64,000 bases of DNA from Candidatus Omnitrophota bacterium (lineage in GTDB: Bacteria > Omnitrophota > Gorgyraeia > Duberdicusellales > 4484-171), in NCBI GenBank assembly GCA_024231025.1, contig JAAEQW010000312.1, forward strand, positions 3,238 to 67,237. Reading direction: 5' to 3'. Below, one piece after another: positions 27,385-37,948 of the stretch. Position numbers and translations under genes: made by a program. Each line of letters opens with the position of its first letter. The first letter of the stretch is position 1. Under the pieces are notes generated by a model. The model was not told the DNA's origin, did no database searches, and saw nothing but the letters and a program-made list of their open reading frames with translations.

Positions 27385-27460
27385 TGGTGGACCGAAGCGG
27401 AGTCGAACCGCCGACCTCCTCGTTGCGAACGAGGCGTTCTCCCAACTGAACTACCGGCCC
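27385..27460 (-). tRNA. tRNA-Ala (anticodon CGC)
   Basis: Reverse complement GGGCCGGTAGTTCAGTTGGGAGAACGCCTCGTTCGCAACGAGGAGGTCGGCGGTTCGACTCCGCTTCGGTCCACCA has a G3:U70 pair (Ala identity), anticodon loop TTCGCAA, encoded CCA. Confidence 0.9.
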
Positions 27461-27462
27461 AT

Positions 27463-27592
27463 AAAATTTACGAAGTAAATTTTAGAGCATTGGAGCATTC
27501 GATCATTAGAGCATTAGAAAAATGCAACAATGCGGTCAAATGTTCTAATGTTCACATTTAAAATAACCCGTAAAATTTACGAAGTAAATTTT
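27463..27592. repeat. two copies of a 21-bp AT palindrome (AAAATTTACGAAGTAAATTTT) plus GC hairpin GTCCCGAAACTTCGGGAC
   Basis: Copies at 27463-27483 and 27572-27592; AGAGCATT repeated three times between them; GTCCCGAA/TTCGGGAC hairpin at about 27596-27613. Confidence 0.6.
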
Positions 27593-27666
27593 AAAGTCCC
27601 GAAACTTCGGGACGATCTATTGCTCAATTGTTCTATTTTCACTCTACCAAATCATCTAAATAAAAA

Positions 27667-27716
27667 GGGACGGACACCTTTTTAAAATCTTTTCACAGAA
27701 AAGTGTCTGTCCCCTT
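27667..27716 (-). terminator. rho-independent terminator of the pilX-like/exbBD operon (bidirectional-looking)
   Basis: GGGACGGACAC...GTGTCTGTCCC 11-bp stem (one G:U), followed by TTTTTA on the minus strand right after the stop codon at 27717. Confidence 0.65.
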
Positions 27717-28040
27717 TTAATAATTTACATCAATCGTAAGTGTATCCGTACCATCAACCCCCGTACCAGAAGTTCGACTAGCGTTTACTGGGATTCCCGC
27801 ACCGTAGCCAAGAACTCCCGAACCAAACGTATTCAAATTAGATGTAGTATCACTTCGTCGCAACGTTTCTAGATTATGGACCATTCCTGCTTGGGCAGCA
27901 AAAAAAGCCCGCAACCTTTTTATCTTATGTTCAGCAATACGCGACTCCTGAGTCATAAGGGATAATGCAGCAACAACCAAGGTAGAAACCACCAACAACA
28001 CACCTAAAACGGTAATTAAAACCATCGCCTTGCGCTGCAT
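27717..28040 (-). CDS. PilX_N-like / pseudopilin-like membrane-anchored protein
   Basis: Start at internal Met (MQRKAMVLITVLGVLLVVSTLVVAALSLMTQESRIAEHKIKRLRAFFAAQAGM). An N-terminal TM helix followed by ...E.R.A.N...A..AEAG resembles PilX N-domains. Gly/Thr-rich C-terminus. Confidence 0.45.
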   Translation of the reverse strand: MQRKAMVLITVLGVLLVVSTLVVAALSLMTQESRIAEHKIKRLRAFFAAQAGMVHNLETLRRSDTTSNLNTFGSGVLGYGAGIPVNASRTSGTGVDGTDTLTIDVNY

Positions 28041-28042
28041 AA

Positions 28043-28255
28043 TTAATTTGCGATTGTTTCTCTTAGGGAGATCGTGTAAGTATCGGCTTCGATCAAGACT
28101 TTTACATGCCCCTCTCTGGCTAGCCATCCCAAACTCATAAGAACCATCTCCCGCGGTTTATCTATATCCTCAACAAGACAAGCGAGTGTTATCTCGCCTC
28201 TCTTGTCCAATACGTGCCAAATCTCCCCAGCAATAATTCCGATTTCAGTAATCAT
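28043..28255 (-). CDS. small winged-helix protein (DUF2582-like)
   Basis: 70 aa MITEIGIIAGEIWHVLDKRGEITLACLVEDIDKPREMVLMSLGWLAREGHVKV, matching my recollection of the DUF2582 wHTH family (IG.IAG.IW..L...GE.....L......A.GWLARE.K). Confidence 0.5.
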   Translation of the reverse strand: MITEIGIIAGEIWHVLDKRGEITLACLVEDIDKPREMVLMSLGWLAREGHVKVLIEADTYTISLRETIAN

Positions 28256-28382
28256 TATTAAAATTGTAACACCCGCCTTATCCTTGTCCAGATAAATTTA
28301 CCCCTCAGGCAATTACCCAACCCATTAATGCATTCATAAACACGTAAAATACCCTTTAAATTAAGGAATAATTGCCATATTT

Positions 28383-28781
28383 TCATTCTGCGTAAGTAGT
28401 AGCAATTCCTATTTTTTCTACCCCGGATTTCTTGCAAATATCCCAAATTCCAACAACTCCTCCAACGCTGGCGTCTCTATCGGCTTTTATAAAAATTGAA
28501 CTATATTTGTCTTTAGCCATTACGGCTCCTACTTCCTCTAGAGTTCTAGGCTCACCTTGAAAATAAATTATATCCTCACTCGATACAACAATTGTCAAAG
28601 TCCGCGCGTTAACTTCTTCTGATGTAATTGCCTTAGGTAGTTTTATATTAATTCCCGGTATAACGATAAAACTGGATGTAAGCATAAAAAATATCAGAAG
28701 CAGGAAAACACAATCAATGAGCGGAGCAATGTCAATTTGGCACAATCCCGCCTCAACTTTAACTCGTTTTTTAAACCTCAC
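28383..28781 (-). CDS. exbD: biopolymer transport protein ExbD/TolR
   Basis: 132 aa, N-terminal TM plus periplasmic domain (DIAPLIDCVFLLLIFFMLTSSF...). Confidence 0.85.
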   Translation of the reverse strand: MRFKKRVKVEAGLCQIDIAPLIDCVFLLLIFFMLTSSFIVIPGINIKLPKAITSEEVNARTLTIVVSSEDIIYFQGEPRTLEEVGAVMAKDKYSSIFIKADRDASVGGVVGIWDICKKSGVEKIGIATTYAE

Positions 28782-29412
28782 CGGAATACCTTCGTTGAGA
28801 CAGTGCCTCTAATAATTCGGTCGCGCCTCTTTCGGTGTCTAAAACAGCCATATTTACGCGATGAACAAAGTAATTATAAGCAATATATGTGGGTATTGCT
28901 ACACACAGCCCCACAACTGTGGTAAGTAAAGCTTCCCATATTCCTCCTGCTAAATCTGAAGGGTTAACCAAACCAACACTCGCGGCTTTTTGCTCAATAA
29001 CATAAAAACATTTAACTAACCCCACAACCGTTCCTAAAAGGCCCAAAAGAGGAGAAATGTGAGCAATTGTACCTAAAAAATTAAGATTTTTTTCCAGTTT
29101 TGGTATTTCATAAAGTGATGCATCCTCCATCGCTTCTTTTATGATCTCTTTTGGCGCATCACAGCGAAACAAACCCGCTTTTACGATGTTGGTTACGTGA
29201 AAGGGTTTCGCTTTGCAAATATTAATTGCTTCAGTAATTCGATTTTTTTTAACAGCTTCTAATATTTTTGGCATAATCGAGGATGTCACGGATCGGTTAC
29301 TCGTGCTAAAAAAATAAAAAAACATGCGCTCCAGCATAATTGCCAGTGAAAAAAACGAACACGCCCCTATTGGCACCATCAGCCAACCACCTCTTGCAAT
29401 CAAATCCCACAT
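28771..29412 (-). CDS. exbB: MotA/TolQ/ExbB proton-channel protein
   Basis: 213 aa, three TM helices with conserved TolQ/ExbB C-terminal region (LGLLGTVVGLVKCF). Confidence 0.85.
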   Translation of the reverse strand: MWDLIARGGWLMVPIGACSFFSLAIMLERMFFYFFSTSNRSVTSSIMPKILEAVKKNRITEAINICKAKPFHVTNIVKAGLFRCDAPKEIIKEAMEDASLYEIPKLEKNLNFLGTIAHISPLLGLLGTVVGLVKCFYVIEQKAASVGLVNPSDLAGGIWEALLTTVVGLCVAIPTYIAYNYFVHRVNMAVLDTERGATELLEALSQRRYSGEV

Positions 29413-29454
29413 ATTACCTCCTCAATAATTATCCGATTCTGTCAAAATTACAAG

Positions 29455-29600
29455 ACACAAGCTACAAACAAATCCCCCGCCTGCCGGCGGGCAGGCAATT
29501 CCAAATGTTCAAAATATCAAACAAAATAAGACATTATTGTTTTGATCATTTGGTTTTTGGTAATTGAAAATTGTTTGTGGTTTGAAATTTGTCATTTGTA
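29455..29600. repeat. intergenic repeat family R2, degenerate copy with GC hairpin CGCCTGCCGGCGGGCAGGC
   Basis: ACAAGACACAAG...CCCGCCTGCCGGCGGGCAGGCAA...GGTAATTGAAAATTGTTTGTGGTTTGAAATTTGT shares the hairpin and flank motifs with 42163-42268 and 44333-44473. Confidence 0.6.
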
Positions 29601-29670
29601 ATTTCATTTTTTTATAAGATCTTGACGCTATAAATTACCAATATATTGCACATCACCTATCAAATTAACA

Positions 29671-30591
29671 TTATTTAAAGGTTTCGTCTGCCCCTCTAAT
29701 CAAACCGGAAGGAATAGTAATACCTAAAAACTTGGCAGTTTTCAAGTTTAATACATAACCCACTTTGCGCGGTGAAGCAATCGCTATTTTACCGGCGTCT
29801 TTACCGTCTAAAACCTTACCAATCAGCTCACCAGTCTGCTTACCAACATCCTTATAATCATAAGTATAACTTACCAGCGCTCCTGCCTTAACAAGATATG
29901 GAGTGAAACCTATCGCTGGAATTTTATTTTTCAACGTAAAATTCAAAATAAGCGGCAAAGTATCTTTCGTGCAAACTTTAGAATCAGTCATAATCCAAAG
30001 AGAATCAATTTTACCAACTAAAGTGCGCAAGGTTTTGGGTACTTGTGTAGAAACAGCTACCTCAACGGCCACTATTTCTATGCCTAATGAACTCGCAATT
30101 TTTTTAGCATCAGCAATCATCGCAGCGCTTCCAGGACTATACATAACACCTACTTTCTTTATACTCGGTGCTATCCTCTTAAATAGTTCTAATTGAGGTT
30201 TTGCAGCAATGTCTAAAGATGCACCAGTTATATTTTGACCAGAAGGGCCAAGATTGCTAATAATTTTAGATTTCACTGCACCCAAAATCATTGTAAATAC
30301 TATTGGTGTGTCTGTTATAGCGTTCTTAACCTTTCTTGTCGCATTTGTACCAACAGGGCAAATAACATCATACTTCTTAGCCTTGAGTTTGTTTAAAAAT
30401 TCAGGATCTTTATAATCATAAATATCAGCCGTAATTCCATAACCACTGGTGAGAAGATACTTTTTAGCGGTATCTACAGCCTCGGTAAAAGTAGGTATTT
30501 TCGCATTAGAAATAAATGCTATATTTTCAGCATAACCCCTAACACAGAAAAAACACAAAAATAAAATTAATAATTTCGTACACTTTCTCAT
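29671..30591 (-). CDS. periplasmic substrate-binding protein of the uncharacterised ABC-type transport / signalling family (COG2984-like)
   Basis: 306 aa, signal peptide, type-I periplasmic binding fold. Immediately downstream of and co-directional with the MCP gene. Confidence 0.55.
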   Translation of the reverse strand: MRKCTKLLILFLCFFCVRGYAENIAFISNAKIPTFTEAVDTAKKYLLTSGYGITADIYDYKDPEFLNKLKAKKYDVICPVGTNATRKVKNAITDTPIVFTMILGAVKSKIISNLGPSGQNITGASLDIAAKPQLELFKRIAPSIKKVGVMYSPGSAAMIADAKKIASSLGIEIVAVEVAVSTQVPKTLRTLVGKIDSLWIMTDSKVCTKDTLPLILNFTLKNKIPAIGFTPYLVKAGALVSYTYDYKDVGKQTGELIGKVLDGKDAGKIAIASPRKVGYVLNLKTAKFLGITIPSGLIRGADETFK

Positions 30592-30600
30592 AATATTCTT

Positions 30601-32439
30601 CTATAACTTAAACTTAGCCGATGAATCTCTCAAGTTCTCGGCAATCTTCTTTAAATTTTCAATTGAAGCTGATATCTCTTCAAAAGTAGCAACCTGTTCT
30701 TCAGTTGAAGCACTTGCTTCTTCTGCATTCGCAGTGGTTTCTTCAAAAGATGCAGCAATGCCTTCAACCTGGGAGGCAATATCTTTTGCCGCCTTAGTAA
30801 TATCTTTAAAACTCTTTCCGGCCTCATGACTAACATTAGTCGATTCACCAACCTCTGTTGCTACTGTTTCAACAGCAGTAACCACCCGGGTCGTCTCAAC
30901 CTGCACTTCACGAATTAATTGAGCAATTTCACCGGCGCTATGCGCACTACCTTCGGCAAGTTTTCTAACCTCACCGGCAACAACAGCAAAACCTCTACCA
31001 GCTTCTCCAGCACGAGCAGCTTCAATTGTCGCGTTTAGAGATAGTAAATTAGTCTGATCCGCAACTTTAGTTATGTAATTAATAATGTCACCAATTTGCA
31101 TTGAGCACTTACCCAAATTATTAATTAACTCCACAGTTTGAAAAGCGCTCTCTTTGGAATGTGAAACCTTATCGATAACAATACTAATCGTTTCATCACC
31201 AGCCTGAGCAAGAGCCGATGTTCTCTGAGCAACCGAAGCTACAGCTTGAGTCGCGCTTGAAATCTTTGTAATTGAACTAGATATCTGGTTAACATTTGAA
31301 GCCATCTGAGATACTGTTTCACTAGACGCCGTAGAAAGAGAAGCCATTTCATTAGCACGAGAATGGATTTGGCCACTTGAATCTTGAATTTGTGAAATTA
31401 GGTCTTTTAGTCCCATGATCATCGTCGATAAGGCATTACCAAAAACATCATTCGTTGAGCGAGGTTTTACTTCAGCGGTTAAATTACCTTGGGCAACTAA
31501 TTGAGCAATTTTTGCCATATCCCTCAGATAAGTAACCATTTCCTTAAAAGCTTCCCCTAATTCATCCTTATCGGAACGGGGGTGTATTTCAACATTCAAA
31601 TCGCCCTGAGAAATTGACAAAGCATGACCAGTGGTTTCACCCAAATAACCTACCATTTGATTAAAGGCAGTAGCAAAATCACCGATTTCATCATGAGTTT
31701 TAATCTTGACTGGATCTTGCGATTCTCCACGGCAAATTCTTTGCATCTTTGTAATAATCTGCTTCAGAGGACTCAACATTCGATGCGACATAATAATAAT
31801 CGCACCTATGCCAAGTAGCGCTATAAGTATAGTAACAAGAAAAATATTTCTTTTTATTTCCTGCAGTTCCCCGCCAATTCGAACTGTTGACATAGTTACC
31901 TGAATAATGCCGATATCTTCCTGTGTGAATTCGGTAGCGGATAATTCTTCTTCGGGCTCTTCTTCACCAAAACCCATCATCGCCTCAAAGCCGCCCATTT
32001 CTTCAGCTGGTGCGGTCTGGGCTATTTTACTAACAACCGGAATAGATATGATAATTGTACTTTCCCCGATGTATTGAATCATTTTACCGGCTAAGCCATT
32101 CTCTTCGACAGAGCTTTCAACTATTGATCCAGCCTTATCCTCAAGACTATGAGCCAAAATTCTGCCATCTTTGGTGATAATCGCCACTTTAGTCACATCT
32201 TTTTCGGTCATCGCCCCTTCTACAAACCCCTTAAGGCTCGAAATATCCTCAGCTAGAATGCTAAATTGACAGTTACTAGCAATCCCATGGGCAACGGTTT
32301 GGCCTCGTTCTTCTAAAGCAGCTAAAAGTAAGGTGCGTTGACGCTCAATCAAATAGTAGCTGAATACCGAGGCCATAATAATTATTAGGACCGCGGTATA
32401 GATAATTAACTTATATTGTAAACCAATTCGTATTTTCAT
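30601..32439 (-). CDS. methyl-accepting chemotaxis protein with periplasmic sensor and HAMP domains
   Basis: 612 aa, two TM segments, HAMP, MCP signalling domain ([34 protein letters not shown]). Confidence 0.85.
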   Translation of the reverse strand: MKIRIGLQYKLIIYTAVLIIIMASVFSYYLIERQRTLLLAALEERGQTVAHGIASNCQFSILAEDISSLKGFVEGAMTEKDVTKVAIITKDGRILAHSLEDKAGSIVESSVEENGLAGKMIQYIGESTIIISIPVVSKIAQTAPAEEMGGFEAMMGFGEEEPEEELSATEFTQEDIGIIQVTMSTVRIGGELQEIKRNIFLVTILIALLGIGAIIIMSHRMLSPLKQIITKMQRICRGESQDPVKIKTHDEIGDFATAFNQMVGYLGETTGHALSISQGDLNVEIHPRSDKDELGEAFKEMVTYLRDMAKIAQLVAQGNLTAEVKPRSTNDVFGNALSTMIMGLKDLISQIQDSSGQIHSRANEMASLSTASSETVSQMASNVNQISSSITKISSATQAVASVAQRTSALAQAGDETISIVIDKVSHSKESAFQTVELINNLGKCSMQIGDIINYITKVADQTNLLSLNATIEAARAGEAGRGFAVVAGEVRKLAEGSAHSAGEIAQLIREVQVETTRVVTAVETVATEVGESTNVSHEAGKSFKDITKAAKDIASQVEGIAASFEETTANAEEASASTEEQVATFEEISASIENLKKIAENLRDSSAKFKL

Positions 32440-32566
32440 AATTCCTCCTTATTATATGTAACTTTATAGTTTAAAGACATAAATATTCTATATAAATTAA
32501 GGATGATTGTCAATTAAACTAACAACAATGATTCAGTGATAAGAATTAAGAATTAAAGATTACGTA

Positions 32567-32720
32567 GGGGCACAGCACGCTGTGCCCCCTTTATTGTTTT
32601 CATTATCGTTAATCCAATTTATGGGATTATTGATAATATATTTACGGATTTTAATTGCGGATTTGGTAACGAGGTATTATTTAATGAAATTGTCCACAAG
32701 GGCACAGCACGCTGTGCCCC
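32567..32720. terminator. pair of identical 22-bp GC palindromic hairpins (GGGGCACAGCACGCTGTGCCCC) 112 bp apart
   Basis: Copies at 32567-32588 (followed by CTTTATTGTTTTC on plus) and 32700-32720 (immediately 3' of the 32743..35157 gene on minus). Confidence 0.5.
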
Positions 32721-32742
32721 TACTTACAACTAAACCAACGGT

Positions 32743-35157
32743 CTATGGTCTTAGGTGTTTTATTTTTTCTTTGGCGATTTTCGCTTCTTTTGTACCGAGC
32801 TTAATTATTTCTCGATAAATTCTCTCTGCCTCTTTATTCTGATTTTGCTTTTCATGAATACGTGCAATACGAAAATACGATTTAACTTTAAAATCATTAT
32901 CGCTAGATGTACTAATTATTTTAAGATACTGTTTTATCGCTTCCTGCTCATTACTCACTTTCTCTAGGCAACTCGCCAAAGCAAAAATTACATTCGATGA
33001 ATCGTTGCCATTTTCTATTACTCGATTAAAAAGCTTTATTGCTTTGTCGTATTCTTTTTCTTGTTTATAAATATGTGCCTTATCTAATAAGGCCAGTAGA
33101 ACAATCGACGCGTCAGTTGCAATTAACTCATCATAAATTTTTATTGCTGCTTGCGTTTCCCCTTCGAGCTTATTTATTTTGGCCAAATACAGCCTCGCCT
33201 TTAGAAAGAAATCCGTGTCATGTTCAGTCACTTTGCTTAAATATCTGCGAGCCTCATTTAAATTTCCTTTTCGCCAATAAAGATGGCCCAAAGAAAAAAG
33301 CGCTTCGCCTCTTAATTGAGAATTTTTAAAATTCCCTAAGGCAATCTTGTAATGCTTAACAGCTTTTTTATAATTTTCCTCCATTTCATATAAATCACCT
33401 AAATACAGTGCCACTAACCCACTATACTCAGACCGAGGAAAGCTGCGTAAAAAGCCTTTCCATGTTTTTTTTGCCTCATTAAATAACGATAAGTTAAAAT
33501 AAGCATTTCCTAAGTCGATGCGAACCAACATAGCAATTTCTTTATCTTGGGCTACTCGCCCTTTAAGCATTTTTACTGTTTTTTTAAAAATATCTACCGC
33601 GCTACTGTAATCTTTTTGATTAAAGAAACATTTTCCATAAAGATAATACACACTTACCAGAAGACTATCGTCAGAAAATTTTTCCGTAAAATCTTTCAAC
33701 AAAATCCCTGCTTGAGCATATTCTTCACGACTGAAATACACCATTGCCAAATAGTACTGCGTTTGGGGTATAAGTTTTGAATTAGGGAAATTTTTCTTTA
33801 GATTTTCGAAAGTGAGTGCTGCTCTATCGAATTTCTTTGTTTTAAGAAAAATATTACCAACTTGGAATTGAATATAATCAGCATAGATCGTCTTTGAGTC
33901 AGATTTTAATATCCTGTTATAAATATCCAACGCGGCCTTGTATTCTTTTGCCTCTTGATAAGCATCAGCAATCTGAATTTGCGAACTTATTTTGACTACA
34001 GAATTATCGGTGTATTCTAAGATATTTTTGAATTCCGTTATTGCCCTTTTAAATTCGCCGTTTTTAAGATAGCACCAAGCTAAACCATAATAAGCACTGT
34101 TGGTAGTCTCCGCACGTTCAGAAGTAGAAAATTCCTCGATTACATATGCATACATCGAAAGAGAATCGTTAATGCGGCCCATTTCGTATAAAACATCAGC
34201 TTTTTTTAAATAAACTGCTGCTTTAAATTCACTGTTTTTAAATTTTTTTAGAAATGATTCCAACAGGCCTAACGCTTTAACGTATTGCTTTGTTTTAAAA
34301 TAATATATTGCCTCAGCCAAAAGGCGAAGCTCATTGCTCTTTATGCCGTTGATTCTTATCTTAGCTTGCTTTTTTTGCCCATTAGCTAAGAATGTAAGCA
34401 TCATGTTGTGATGGATTGAATCATTACGACTGCCATCGCCTACACTCAATGCCTTGTGATACCAAGCTAAAGCTTTATCAAAGTTCTGCCCGAGGCGATT
34501 GCTTTCGGCGATATAATAATAAATCTTCCCTTTAAGCGGCCCAAAGGGATATTTTCTTATATAATCTTGCCCCAAGGCCTCCATCGCAGAATAATTGCCA
34601 TTTTTAAAGTATATTGGTAACAGCTTGGTGTAAGAATTTTTGCTAATCTCCTCATCGGATGTATTTTTGATTATTTTCTCAAAAATTGTTTCTGCTTTTT
34701 TACTTTGCCCAAGCTCATAAAAGTTGCTGGCAGATAAGTAGTTGGCTAGCGATATAAATTTTGATTGAGGGTATTTCTCTAGGACTTTTTCGGAGAACTT
34801 AAGTGATTCTTCATACTCTTTCTTTTTGAAATAAACTTGTGAAAACCAACAATAAATCTCATCTAAAATAGTTTCTGATTTGCGATTACTAGCAACATCA
34901 CTAAGAATGCTTAGCGCCTTGGAATAATCTTTCTTAAAATAATGGGATTTAGCAAGATACAATTTTGCTTGTGATGTTTTTTCGCTTTCTGGAAAACTTT
35001 CTATAAAGCGCTCAAACAAAGACACTCCGGCTTCATAAAAACCATCAGAAAACGCTTCAGATGCAAGAAGAAAGCTCTCATCTTCTTTATTTGAAGAAAA
35101 AACAGAACTAGCCAATAATAAAAAAAATATAAATTGTATTAGAAATTTCTTTAACAT
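32743..35157 (-). CDS. large secreted TPR-repeat protein
   Basis: 804 aa, signal peptide, more than 15 TPR-like repeats. Confidence 0.7.
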   Translation of the reverse strand: MLKKFLIQFIFFLLLASSVFSSNKEDESFLLASEAFSDGFYEAGVSLFERFIESFPESEKTSQAKLYLAKSHYFKKDYSKALSILSDVASNRKSETILDEIYCWFSQVYFKKKEYEESLKFSEKVLEKYPQSKFISLANYLSASNFYELGQSKKAETIFEKIIKNTSDEEISKNSYTKLLPIYFKNGNYSAMEALGQDYIRKYPFGPLKGKIYYYIAESNRLGQNFDKALAWYHKALSVGDGSRNDSIHHNMMLTFLANGQKKQAKIRINGIKSNELRLLAEAIYYFKTKQYVKALGLLESFLKKFKNSEFKAAVYLKKADVLYEMGRINDSLSMYAYVIEEFSTSERAETTNSAYYGLAWCYLKNGEFKRAITEFKNILEYTDNSVVKISSQIQIADAYQEAKEYKAALDIYNRILKSDSKTIYADYIQFQVGNIFLKTKKFDRAALTFENLKKNFPNSKLIPQTQYYLAMVYFSREEYAQAGILLKDFTEKFSDDSLLVSVYYLYGKCFFNQKDYSSAVDIFKKTVKMLKGRVAQDKEIAMLVRIDLGNAYFNLSLFNEAKKTWKGFLRSFPRSEYSGLVALYLGDLYEMEENYKKAVKHYKIALGNFKNSQLRGEALFSLGHLYWRKGNLNEARRYLSKVTEHDTDFFLKARLYLAKINKLEGETQAAIKIYDELIATDASIVLLALLDKAHIYKQEKEYDKAIKLFNRVIENGNDSSNVIFALASCLEKVSNEQEAIKQYLKIISTSSDNDFKVKSYFRIARIHEKQNQNKEAERIYREIIKLGTKEAKIAKEKIKHLRP

Positions 35158-37946
35158 TTCTTTAGTTTGCTTTTTAAAAACTGACCGGTGTACGAAGCTT
35201 TACATCTAACGATTTCCTCCGGCGAACCGCTCACAACAAGCTTACCCCCGCACTCGCCCCCTCCGGGTCCTAAATCAACTACGTAATCTGAACATTTTAT
35301 TACATCAAGATTATGCTCGATAACTAAAAGTGTATTTTTTTTGTCTACTAACCTTTGCAAAACTGAAAGAAGTTTTTTAACATCCTCAAAATGAAGCCCG
35401 GTAGTCGGCTCATCAAGAATATAAAGAGTTTTGCCGGTAGCTCTTTTCCTTAGTTGTGAAGCAAGCTTAATACGTTGCGCTTCACCACCGGATAAAGTTG
35501 TAGCAGATTGGCCCAAGGCAATATAGCCAAGTCCAACATCACATAGTGTTTGTAAAATATTTCGTATTTTAGGGAAATTTTCAAATAAATCAAAAGCGAA
35601 ATCAACACTCATGCCAAGAACATCCGAAATGTTCTTTCCTTTAAATTTAACCTCCATAGTCTGCTTGTTAAACCTGGCGCCATTGCAAATCTGACAATTA
35701 ACATGTACGTCCGGAAGAAAGTGCATTTCAATTTTTTTGGTTCCATCACCACAACACGATTCGCACCGGCCACCTGATACATTAAAACTAAATCGTGCCG
35801 GCTTATATCCACGCCTGCGGGATTCAGGCAGCTGACTAAATAGCTCTCTTATGTAAGTGAACATTCCAGTATAAGTTGCCGGATTGGAACGCGGAGTTCT
35901 GCCAATCGGTGATTGGTCAACGATTACAACCTTATCGATTAAATCAATACCTTTTACTGAAGTATGTTTTCCGGGTTTAATTTTCGAATCATAAATATTT
36001 CTTGCTAAAGCTTTATAAAGTATGTCCTCTACTAATGTTGACTTTCCCGAACCTGACACTCCAGTTACGCAAACAAAATTCCCCAAAGGAATAGTCACAT
36101 TTATATTTTTTAAATTATGTTCTTTTGCTCCTCTAATAATTAGCGATGTTTTTTTGTTTTGCGGTCTTCTTTTGCTGGGAAGATTTATTTTTTCCTTACC
36201 AGTTAAATACTTAGACGTAAGAGTTTTAGCTTTCAAAACATCTTTTCTGTTTCCTGAATAAACTATCTCCCCACCTTTAGTACCCGCCCCGGGCCCCAGA
36301 TCGATGATCCAGTCAGCAATCTTTATCATCTGTTCATCATGTTCAACAACGATAACCGTATTGCCTAAATTTTTTAAATCAACTAAAGTCTTGATTAATT
36401 TTTTATCATCTCGAGGATGAAGACCAATGGTTGGTTCATCAAGAATATAAATAACACCACTCAATGATGATCCCACTTGAGTAGCAAGCCTAATACGCTG
36501 CACTTCACCACCGGAAAGAGTAGAGCTAAACCGATCCAAAGAAAGATAATTTAAGCCTACATCGATACAAAATTTAAGACGTTTTTTAATTTCTTTTATA
36601 ACGTGATGAGCAATCTTTTCTTCATGCGCACTTAAATGCAGCTTTGAGAAAAATTTGAAGGCTCGTTCAATATCCATCGTCACTACATCCCAAATGGATT
36701 TGCCACCAACGTATACTGTTAAACTCTCTTTTCTAAGCCGGGCCCCTTTACATTGAGGACACGGTAATTTTGACATATATTTAGCAATTTGCTCTCGGCG
36801 ATAATCACTATCAGTTGTGCGAAACAAGCGCTCTGAATTTGGAATAACTCCTTCATATGGCCTACCCCAAACATGAATTTGATCACTCCCGTAAAGAATG
36901 TCTTTTTGGTTTTTCTTAGATAAGCGACAAAATGGAGTATCAATTGAAATATCAAGCTCCCTGGCAACTTGACGCAATAATGCCCGATAATACATAGTGT
37001 AGCCGCGCGAACCAGTTCGCCAAATTTGGATTACACCTTCTTTTAGCGAACGGTTCTTATCCGCAATAATTAAGTCAGAATCTAACTCTAATTTTGTACC
37101 CAATCCGTTACAGGCAGAACATGCCCCGTAAGGAGAATTAAAAGAAAACATCCGTGGTGTAAGCTCGCTTAAGGAAATTCCGCACTCAGAACAACTTAGG
37201 CGACTATTAAAAAGTTTTTCGCTGGAGCCGGTTTCATCACAAACCAATACTAAACCATCTGAATATTTTAAAGCAGTTTCAATTGAATCCGAAATTCGTT
37301 TCTTATATTCCCGAGAAACTTTTATCCGATCAACAACGATCTCAATATTATGCGTTTTATATTTAGCAAGCTTAATTTCTTCCTGTAAGTCATATATATT
37401 ACCGTTAACTCGAACGCGGACGAACCCTTCCTTCAAAAGACGGCTAAATAGTGCTTGGTACTGACCTTTTTTACCTTTTACAATGGGTGATAAGATATAA
37501 ATCTTATGATTTTTAGGCATAGTCAATACTTTATCAATGATCTCCTGGGAACTCTGTTTGTGTATTGGCTTTAAGCATTTATAGCAATGAGGGCGCCCGA
37601 TACGGGCAAAAAGCAAACGCAAATAATCATAAATTTCAGTTTGAGTAGCAACAATCGAACGCGGAGACCCCCCTGCGGTGCGCTGCTCGATAGCAATTGC
37701 CGGAGATAAACCTTCAATATGCTCAACATCAGGTTTTTGGAGTTGTTGAAGAAACTGACGAGCATAGCTCGATAAACTTTCCACATAGCGGCGCTGACCC
37801 TCGGCAAAAATTGTATCAAAGGCAAGCGATGATTTGCCCGAGCCTGAAAGCCCGGTGATAACGGTGAGTTTATTTTTGGGAATTTTTACATTGATGTTCT
37901 TTAAATTATGCTCCTTGGCGCCTTGAATAACAATGTAATCATTCAT
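35151..37946 (-). CDS. uvrA: excinuclease ABC subunit A
   Basis: 931 aa, two ABC ATPase modules ([25 protein letters not shown]), zinc fingers, LSGGE signatures. Confidence 0.95.
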   Translation of the reverse strand: MNDYIVIQGAKEHNLKNINVKIPKNKLTVITGLSGSGKSSLAFDTIFAEGQRRYVESLSSYARQFLQQLQKPDVEHIEGLSPAIAIEQRTAGGSPRSIVATQTEIYDYLRLLFARIGRPHCYKCLKPIHKQSSQEIIDKVLTMPKNHKIYILSPIVKGKKGQYQALFSRLLKEGFVRVRVNGNIYDLQEEIKLAKYKTHNIEIVVDRIKVSREYKKRISDSIETALKYSDGLVLVCDETGSSEKLFNSRLSCSECGISLSELTPRMFSFNSPYGACSACNGLGTKLELDSDLIIADKNRSLKEGVIQIWRTGSRGYTMYYRALLRQVARELDISIDTPFCRLSKKNQKDILYGSDQIHVWGRPYEGVIPNSERLFRTTDSDYRREQIAKYMSKLPCPQCKGARLRKESLTVYVGGKSIWDVVTMDIERAFKFFSKLHLSAHEEKIAHHVIKEIKKRLKFCIDVGLNYLSLDRFSSTLSGGEVQRIRLATQVGSSLSGVIYILDEPTIGLHPRDDKKLIKTLVDLKNLGNTVIVVEHDEQMIKIADWIIDLGPGAGTKGGEIVYSGNRKDVLKAKTLTSKYLTGKEKINLPSKRRPQNKKTSLIIRGAKEHNLKNINVTIPLGNFVCVTGVSGSGKSTLVEDILYKALARNIYDSKIKPGKHTSVKGIDLIDKVVIVDQSPIGRTPRSNPATYTGMFTYIRELFSQLPESRRRGYKPARFSFNVSGGRCESCCGDGTKKIEMHFLPDVHVNCQICNGARFNKQTMEVKFKGKNISDVLGMSVDFAFDLFENFPKIRNILQTLCDVGLGYIALGQSATTLSGGEAQRIKLASQLRKRATGKTLYILDEPTTGLHFEDVKKLLSVLQRLVDKKNTLLVIEHNLDVIKCSDYVVDLGPGGGECGGKLVVSGSPEEIVRCKASYTGQFLKSKLKKC

Positions 37947-37948
37947 TT

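Noticed and set aside
28258-28446. 62-aa ORF between DUF2582-like gene and exbD
   Set aside because: Overlaps the exbD 3' end in another frame; basic low-complexity product; likely spurious.
32582-32818. 78-aa plus-strand ORF starting inside the GC palindrome
   Set aside because: Begins within a terminator hairpin and runs antisense into the TPR gene; no RBS.
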